Source of the DNA: Candidatus Marinacidobacterales bacterium
Lineage (GTDB): Bacteria > Acidobacteriota > Vicinamibacteria > Marinacidobacterales > DATDRI01
DNA: 64,000 bases
Direction of reading: 5' to 3'
NCBI GenBank assembly: GCA_965219415.1
Contig: CBDCNP010000002.1
Location: forward strand, 2,624,001-2,688,000
Every line of letters begins with the position of its first letter. Positions within the stretch are counted from its first letter, which is position 1. This document shows positions 57,098-64,000 of this stretch, in pieces. The translations under genes were made by a program, and so were the position numbers. The notes under the pieces are model-generated. The model did no database searches. It was not told where the DNA came from and worked only from the letters and a program-made list of their open reading frames with translations.

Positions 57098-57925
57098 CGT
57101 CCTGTGCCAAAACTCGGCCCTTTTGAAATAGGCCATAAATCAGCAGCTTAGTGTCTGTGTTTGCGACCGTGCCAAGGGCCGCAGGCTCTACAATCGTCTT
57201 GGGCGGACGGGTCGTCACCAGGCAGAAGACCACGTAGGCGAGAGCGAATATCCAAGCGTGTTCCTGAATCTGTCGCAGCGATAGCGCCCCAATGAGCCTT
57301 GATGAAGGTGCTCCACGGCATACTCTTGCTCCGCTCCGGGGCAGGCGCGATACCGTGCTCGGCGAGGGCCCCCTTGATGGTGTTGCGCCCAAGTTCATAT
57401 CCGAGGTTCTTGAGTGCGCCCTGCAGGCGCGTATATCCGCATGTCGGGTTCTCCCGTGCCACACGTACCATGAGCTCACGGACGTCTTTCGCCGTGGGAG
57501 GTCGGCCTGGACTCCGGTTCTTGGTGCCATCGTACTTGGCTGCGATGAGGTAGCGGTACCAGCGCAGCAGCGTAGCGGGTGTGGCAACGGACGCAATCTC
57601 GGCCAGCATCCAGCGGCCCAAGGCCTGGGCCTTGACGGCGAGCCTACGCCGGTCGTCGTCGGAGAGCCTGAGACGTTTGCCCCGAACCCGGCTCGGAGCA
57701 CACGGTTCTCCTCTCGCAGTTAGTCAATCACGTCCTGCTGCTGGCGGTTGACCTAGCCAGAACGAGCAGTAAGAATTGCACATGGTAGGTCATCATGGAG
57801 CTGAAGATAACACCCTCGGGCCAGACGATTGTAAAGCCCACGGCCCTTGACCTAGTCGCAAAACACAGACTCTAAGTGGCTGATTTATGGCCTATTTCAA
57901 AAGGGCCGAGTTTTGGCACAGGACG
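57098..57925. mobile_element. Two inverted A left ends enclosing a decayed 5' half of the A-type transposase
   Basis: Termini at 57098 and 57925; fragment reads to [16 protein letters not shown]. Confidence 0.88.
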
Positions 57926-58005
57926 GGGTGTCTCGGACAGTGAGGTCAAACGCATCCGCCGTTTCATCCGCGAGCCGTACGGAATGGTATTGGTGACGGG
58001 GCCCG
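57926..58005 (+). pseudogene. PilB/GspE ATPase internal stub
   Basis: IRRFIREPYGMVLVTGP. Confidence 0.6.
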
Positions 58006-58019
58006 AGCACGAGTCGGGA

Positions 58020-58454
58020 TCATCCGCCGATGCCGTCGGCAGAGAGGTAGGCGTCGAGCGAGTGGAGCTCCTGCGACAGGTCGTCGACCATGTTCCTCAA
58101 CAAGTGTCGCGTCGATAGCATCCCGGCGACGTTCCCCCCGCGGTCGATGATGGGAAGATGGCGAATGTGGTTGCTCGTCATCATCGCGAGAGCCTCGCGA
58201 TGATGCATGTTGCTGGCAGCAACGATGGGCGGCGAGGTCATCACGTCGCGGATTGGGGTCTCATCCAAGTGGCTTCCTTTGGCCACCACACGCTTCAGGA
58301 GATCGCTAGCGGTGAAGATGCCCTTCGCCGATTGGTTCTCCACCACCACGACTGCGCCGGCACCGCAGTCAACCATTGTTTCCACGGCGTGTCGGACCGT
58401 GGACTCGGTTCCGATCGTCACCGCCGGAGTCCGGGCGATCTTGAGCAGCTTCAT
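58020..58454 (-). CDS. CBS domain pair protein
   Basis: GIFTASDLLKRV, IRDVMT, IRHLPII. Confidence 0.9.
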   Translation of the reverse strand: MKLLKIARTPAVTIGTESTVRHAVETMVDCGAGAVVVVENQSAKGIFTASDLLKRVVAKGSHLDETPIRDVMTSPPIVAASNMHHREALAMMTSNHIRHLPIIDRGGNVAGMLSTRHLLRNMVDDLSQELHSLDAYLSADGIGG

Positions 58455-58849
58455 AAACTGGCCTCCTTGTCTCGCACCCTCGGCGTGGCGCTGGACGCGA
58501 TCCCCGTACGGGCGTTCAGTTAGGCAACCGAGAAATCAGGTATAGCGTGCCTCCTCACGAGTAGGGGGAGGGCGACTTGTAGACGTAGATCTTATACACC
58601 AATAAGCGGTCGGATTTCAACTCCAAGTCACATCGCAGCGCTGCTACTTCGACGTGAAAACATCTGGGTGTGGGCTCCGAGATATTGGGTCTGGGAACTA
58701 GCTCAGGGTTCGGGTTCCGGTTGCATTCTGGTGAGGAGGCGCCCGACGATTGCAGACCTGCTCGCATCGCGCTACCGTGGCGATGCTGGTCGTTTCCCCA
58801 CGAGACCGCACTTGCAATCAGCGCCCCCTCGACTTGGGACGGAAAGCCC

Positions 58850-59197
58850 ATGAACGCCATCGACCGTCCCTTTGCAAAAATCATCAATGGAGCCTCCCAG
58901 TTCCTAATCCCCGTCTTTCAGCGCGACTACAGTTGGAACGAGGCGGAGTGCAAACAGTTGTGGCAGGACATCCTCCAGATCGCATCGGATCCGTCCGAGC
59001 GAAGTCACTTCCTGGGGTCCGTCGTCTACATCTCGACGGGGGACACATCGGCAGCATTCACTCGCTGGCTCCTGATTGATGGTCAGCAACGCGTCACCAC
59101 GCTGACGCTCCTCCTGGCAGCGCTTCGCGACCACATCGCCGAAAGCGGATGGTCCGGGACCGATGATGGGCCCACCGCGAAGCGTGTCGAGGCGTAC
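58850..59197 (+). pseudogene. DUF262 protein N-terminal fragment
   Basis: IPVFQRDYSW, HFLGSVV, IDGQQRVTT; cut by the CAGGGAATT repeat block. Confidence 0.85.
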
Positions 59198-59325
59198 CTG
59201 TTCGGTCATCTCAAATTCCCTGCTATTTCGGAACAGGGAATTGCTATCTAACCATCTGAAATATAGAGGGTTACCACGTGGAAAAACGGCCCAATCAGCC
59301 CCCAAATAGCCTAAATTCCCTGTTT
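59197..59325. repeat. CAGGGAATT repeat block, inverted copy of 36550-36680
   Basis: Direct sequence comparison. Confidence 0.85.
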
Positions 59326-59329
59326 TTCC

Positions 59330-59490
59330 CCTCCTGTGCCAAAACTCGGCCCTTTTGAAATAGACCGCAAGAGCGAACCTTTCGACGTTTACAATGACGT
59401 CGGATCACCTCATCCGTTCGTCGCGAAACGGCCAATCCTTGCAGCTCTAAACTGCGGAATCAACGACGGATCGAGTTTTTGCGGAGCACA
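59330..59490. mobile_element. Hybrid A-F mini-element
   Basis: TCCTGTGCCAAAACTCGGC ... TTTTTGCGGAGCACA. Confidence 0.8.
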
Positions 59491-59509
59491 GGTAGTTGGT
59501 TCCTATATG

Positions 59510-59887
59510 TTATGTCGTGTTCGCGAGGTCGTACTCGCGTACAAGCACGTCGGCAGGAAGGTTCCATCCGATCGACAGGGCTCGGATCATCGGCAGAGTG
59601 AGCGGGCGCTGCTGTCGGTTGAGCACTTCCGAAGCACGTGGCTGGGAGCCAATCAGCGCTCCGAAGTCTTTCTGGCGCAGGCCACGGGCCTCCATGACGT
59701 GCTCAATCGCCGAGATCGGATCCGGTGCCTCTATCGGCCAGCGCTCGGCTTCGTAAGCTTCTACAAGGGTAACGAGAACCTCAAGTTTGTCGCTTTCGGG
59801 CGTGTCCGGCGCGGCGCCCATCAGGCCGTCGATTGCGGTTAACGCGGCGTCGTAGTCGGCTTCGCTCTTGATCGGTTTGATGTTCAT
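59510..59887 (-). CDS. higA: HigA antitoxin (HTH)
   Basis: MNIKPIKSEADYDAAL, PDPISAI, SEVLNR..PLTLPMIRAL. Confidence 0.92.
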   Translation of the reverse strand: MNIKPIKSEADYDAALTAIDGLMGAAPDTPESDKLEVLVTLVEAYEAERWPIEAPDPISAIEHVMEARGLRQKDFGALIGSQPRASEVLNRQQRPLTLPMIRALSIGWNLPADVLVREYDLANTT

Positions 59888-59896
59888 GTTGCACTC

Positions 59897-59990
59897 CTAG
59901 GCATTGGATGCATCGACCGCATCGTATTCGGCGTGCGTTCCCACGAAACGCACGAATCCGATCCGGCTCGCATAGTCGAAACGGACGACA
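59897..59990 (-). pseudogene. higB: HigB toxin 3' stub, truncated by B1 fragment (59991-60086)
   Basis: LVVRFDY..RIGFVRFVGTHAEYD. Confidence 0.85.
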
Positions 59991-60175
59991 AGCGCTCGTG
60001 ACCTTCGCTGCGCGCTAAATAGAGCGTAAGCGCCTTTTTTGCAAAGGGATGCGTACACATTACCAACAGTAAACAGCGCAAGCACCCCTCAAGCCATGCT
60101 TGGGGACAATCGAGTTTAGGGCCTCAACCATGACACGTACTTCTTTGTCATCGCTTGGATAGACGGCACTGCAAC

Positions 60176-60950
60176 GCCAAGCTCAGGCGATACACCCATC
60201 AGGGCAACCTTGTGCCATTCCTCGGAGGAGGCGTGGGTAGCATCGCCCAGCTAATGCACCGCTCGGCATCATCAAGCCAACTTGCCGCACCGGGATCCTT
60301 AAGCAGGGGTAGTCCAAGCTTGACCAGACAACAAGGCAAATCCAACTCCTCCGGTAGCTCCGTCCCCAACCAGCGCACGCCCTTTGCTGCGCCCTCAATC
60401 GTCCAGGCTGTCACGCACTGAACCATGACCCGGTGCTCGGGTCCCTGGATGAGCCACCCCACTGCGCCGACCCAGGTGTTCCTGATGCTTAGAAAGTATT
60501 CGGGGAATCCGGGTAACGGCACCGCTTGCCCGCCGGTGGCCACCTCGATGATGGACTGCAACGCAGCCAATGTCTCGGAGCGAACATCCGAGCGTGGCAT
60601 CTGGAACACGTGGTGCGTCGATAGGTGGTAGTGGTGCATCATCGACTCGCTGGCGAAGGAATGTCCAAGGGTAGCAACCCGTTCGCCAACATCTCCCTCG
60701 CCCGTTGGCTTCTGTTCGCCGGTCCGGGGGTTGTGTCCCTTGCGCGCCTTTCGTTGCGCCTTCACGAGTTTTCCAATTCCGGGAATGATGAACTGGCCCG
60801 TCCGCTTCGTCTCCTTCGCCGCGAGATCGGCAATCGACTTGAACCATGCCGCGGCCTGCTTTTTCGGAACCTGCATCGTTTCCGACATCTGGGCCACGAT
60901 TTGGGTTTTGGTCATGGGTTTTTTCGCCATTCCTCAAGTCTCCTCCGTTT
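60176..60950 (-). repeat. Second copy of the HU locus with internal deletion giving an in-frame HU fusion ORF (60199-60930)
   Basis: Near-identical to 36777-37783 minus about 37312-37541. Confidence 0.9.
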
Positions 60951-61860
60951 TGAACCGCCCCGGGTTTTCCGGAGACTGTTTTAGTTGAGTCTCGCCATCT
61001 CTAGCGAGCCTTCCTGCGACCGATAGTAGTTCATCTCGTACTCGACGGGGGAGACATTTCCGATCGGCTCCAAGAGTCGTTGCGTGTTGTACCAATGGAC
61101 CCACTCGAGGGTGGCGAACTCAACGTCTTCGAGACCACGCCAGGGCCCACGTCGACGATCACCTCGGTCTTGTAGAGGCCGATGATGGATTCAGCCAAAG
61201 CGTTATCGTAAGAGTCGCCTCGGCTGCCGACGGACGGCTCAATGCCCGCCTCGGCGAGCCGCTCGGTGTAACGGGTCGAGACGTACTGCACGCCGCGATC
61301 GCTGTGATGCACCAATGGATCTTCTGGGTTTAGTCGGCGCTCGTGCAGCGCCTGCTCCAACGCATCGAGAGCGATGCCGGCAGTCAACGATGTCGTCGCT
61401 CGCCAACCGACGATGAGTCGAGCGAAGACGTCGATGACGAAGGCGACATACACGAAGCCGCGCCACGTGGCGATGTAGGTCAGGTCCGAAACCCAGAGCT
61501 CGTTCGGGCGTGTGGCGTTGAAGTCGCGCTCCACGAGGTCCATCGGGTGAGCGCCGCTCGAATCCGGCTTCGTCGTCTTGAATCGACGTCCACGGACCGC
61601 CCCCTGGAGACCCATTTCACGCATCAGACGGGCCACCGTGCATCGAGCCACGTCGCGGCCCTCACGGCACAGCTGACGCCAGACCTTGCGCACGCCATAC
61701 ACGTCAAAGTTCTCTTGCCGTACACGACGAATCTCGCCGCGGAGTTGGACGTCGCGCTTCGCTCTCGCTGGCAGGCGGCTTGGGTCCTTCTCTCTCGCTT
61801 TCTGCTCGTAAATAGGTCGACGGGGCGATCGGAAGCATCCGGCAGATCGGCTCGACCCCG
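60951..61860 (-). mobile_element. IS3-family (IS51-like) partial copy
   Basis: Near-identical to 52959-53870. Confidence 0.92.
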
Positions 61861-61959
61861 TTCAAGAGGGGGGTTTCAGGCGGTCAAGCGCTAATTTTCC
61901 TGTCAAATCTCCGCATGGTTCCCCGAGCTCGGTTAAGCTACTGATTCCTCCGACGTGAG

Positions 61960-62327
61960 TTGTGGAAGAAGCTCGTTGCGAAGTTCCTCGACTTTCCTTG
62001 TCGTGAGGACATCCGTACTCACACGGCGCCATTTGCCGGCGACGGCCAACAGGACAGCAAAAGAGAGTTTCATCGCGGCCTCCTCGGTGAAGAAGTGAGG
62101 GATTACCTTCGTCCGACGTTTGTGCTCTCCGAAGGTGCGTTCGAGCAGGTTCGCCGTTCGAAGCCTTTTATGGAAGTCGAGGGGCCTGAAGACACGTTTC
62201 GAGGGTCTCCTCCATGCACTTCATCGCATTCGAGAATCGTTGACGGTACCGAGCGAGCACTTCCCGGCCCGTCTTCAGCTCTTGCTTGTAGCTCTGGCCA
62301 AGCTCGCCGTCGGAAAACGGTTACCAG
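61960..62327 (-). pseudogene. IS256-family transposase 3' fragment
   Basis: Minus strand reads RRTKVIPHFFTEEAAMKLSFAVL. Confidence 0.65.
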
Positions 62328-62387
62328 GAGAGCTTCAACGGTAAGCTACGCGACGAACTGCTCAACGGAGAGATTTTCTTGAAGGAG

Positions 62388-63644
62388 TGGGCTTGATCCG
62401 GTTTCGTAGACGGTTTAGTTAAGCTGGCGAAGTCCTCATCCGTCGTTCAAACTCGGCCGGACTGACCTGGCCGAGGGTCGAGTGTCGTCGTCTCTGGTTG
62501 TAGAATACCTCGATGAAGTCGAAGAGGGCCATCTTGGCCTCGCCGCAACTGAGGAAATGCTCCCCAAGCTCGTGCTTGACCGTGGAGAACCAGCTCTCGA
62601 TGACGGCGTTGTCGTAGCAGTTGCCCCGTCGGCTCATGCTCCCGGTCATGCCATGCGTCTCAAGGAGACGTTGGTAGTCTTTGCTGGCATACGGACTGCC
62701 CTGATCGGAGTGATGCAAGAGCCCCGCGGCCGGTTGGCGACGTTTCAGTGCCATCCGCAACGCCTTGATAACCAGGTGACGGTCGTTAATAGCACTTACG
62801 GCCCACCCAACGAGGAATCGCGAGTAGAGGTCGAGGAGCGCCGCGAGATAAAGCTTCCCGCCGCTGCCGATCACGAACTCGGTCGTGTCCCCGACCCACC
62901 GTTGGTTCGGCGCATCGGCGACGAAGTCTTGCCCGAGCACATTGGCCGCGACGGGCTGGCCATGACCGCTTACCGTCGTGCGCTTGAAGCGTTTGCGTAC
63001 TCGAGCAATGAGGCCTTCTGCCTGTTTCAACCGAATCACCCGCTTCCGACTCACTCGATACCCCTGCTCGTGCAGGTCGTGATAAATCCGCGGACTCCCA
63101 TAGGTGCGGCGACTCGCCTCATGGGAGGCACGAATCAACACGCGCAACTGGCGGTCCCGGCGCGCGTGGGCCGACGGCGGCCGACGTACCCAGGCATAAA
63201 AGCCACTCCGAGAGACGTTGAGAATCTGACACAGGTGAACGACCGGTACGGTGGCCTTCTCCGCCTGGATGAACGCGAATCTTACTCGCTCTCCTTCGCG
63301 AAGAAGGCCGCGGCTTTTTTTAAAACGTCGCGCTCCACCCGCAACCGCCGATTCTCTTTGCGGAGCCGCCGAAGCTCCTCGCGTTCCACGCCCGTCAAGC
63401 CCGTCCGGCCCTTCGTCCGATCGGCCCGGGCCTGACGGACCCAGTTGCGAAACGCCGATTCGGTGAGGTCAAGCTCCCGGGCCACCCGACCCACGCTCTG
63501 GCCCTCATCAAGCACCAGCCGGACCGCGCCTGCCTTAAACTCGTCATCAAACTCCCGGCGGGGTCGCCGGGGCTGCGTTGTCTTTGCCATTGTGGACATC
63601 GTATCCGCCTTTCAGAAAGTGTCCACGAAACTGGATCAAGCCCA
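62388..63644 (-). mobile_element. Complete IS3-family element with 3-bp TSD
   Basis: TIR TGGGCTTGATCCGGTTTCGTAGAC / GTCCACGAAACTGGATCAAGCCCA; GAG on both sides; orfA 63282-63599; orfB WVGDTT, HHSDQG, DNAVIES. Confidence 0.93.
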
Positions 63645-63835
63645 GAGGTCAAGGTCGTGATCGAAAGGTGGCGGCAAGAGTTCAATCGCCTTAGACCCCA
63701 CAGCTCGTTGGGTTACCGACCGCCGGCGCCGGAAACGATTTGGTTGAAACCGGCTCCGCTACGCCGGCTTCAACCAGCTCTTGTCAGCACCGAATGACTG
63801 AGATACAACGTGGTACTAACCGTGGGGTCAGATCA
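63645..63835 (+). mobile_element. IS3-family (IS407-like) 3' remnant, interrupted host of the preceding IS (left part about 62328-62387)
   Basis: [20 protein letters not shown] joins VKVVIERWRQEFNRLRPHSSLGYRPP across the insertion. Confidence 0.8.
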
Positions 63836-63837
63836 GC

Positions 63838-64000
63838 ACTCCGCGAACGAGTTCAAATCCGGGCTCCGTGCGGGCAGCTTGACGGGCGCGACGCCAACCG
63901 CCTCGATGGTCCGGTAGAACGACTCGCAAAACTTCGAGTCCCGGTCGTGAATGAGGTATCGGCTTGGGGACAGAAAGCCGACATCTGCCATGGTCACGTT
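63838..64000 (-). pseudogene. Fragment of the H-type rve transposase
   Basis: Near-identical to 25108-25270. Confidence 0.9.

Overview
GC-rich bacterial DNA (gene content suggests an Acidobacteria-like host; inference only) forming a dense mosaic of mobile-element ends, defence genes and isolated core-type genes. At least 19 copies of one terminus (type A, CGTCCTGTGCCAAAACTCGGC), related termini (C, G, H, E/F) of rve/DDE (IS481-like) elements and a second MITE family (type B, GGTGCTTCCGCCATYAAGTGTTG) cut the window into 0.5-8 kb segments. Many segments hold one intact gene trimmed close to its start and stop (BCCT transporter, LapB-like, carbonic anhydrase, PhhB); neighbouring genes are broken exactly at an element end. 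Defence content: an intact type I R-M operon behind a Phd/VapC pair, a decayed second FitAB-type I R-M operon, a type ISP/IIG-like MTase pseudogene, DUF262 genes, a DUF1998 helicase tail, HEPN-like fragments and HigBA. IS3, IS256, IS5 and IS110 elements and a group II intron 3' remnant are also present. Two genes (an MBL-fold hydrolase and a DUF262 protein) contain internally inverted or re-ordered pieces of their own coding sequence. Family calls come from motif recognition by eye, not searches; boundaries are approximate to a few bases, and frameshifts or inversions could be assembly or amplification artefacts.
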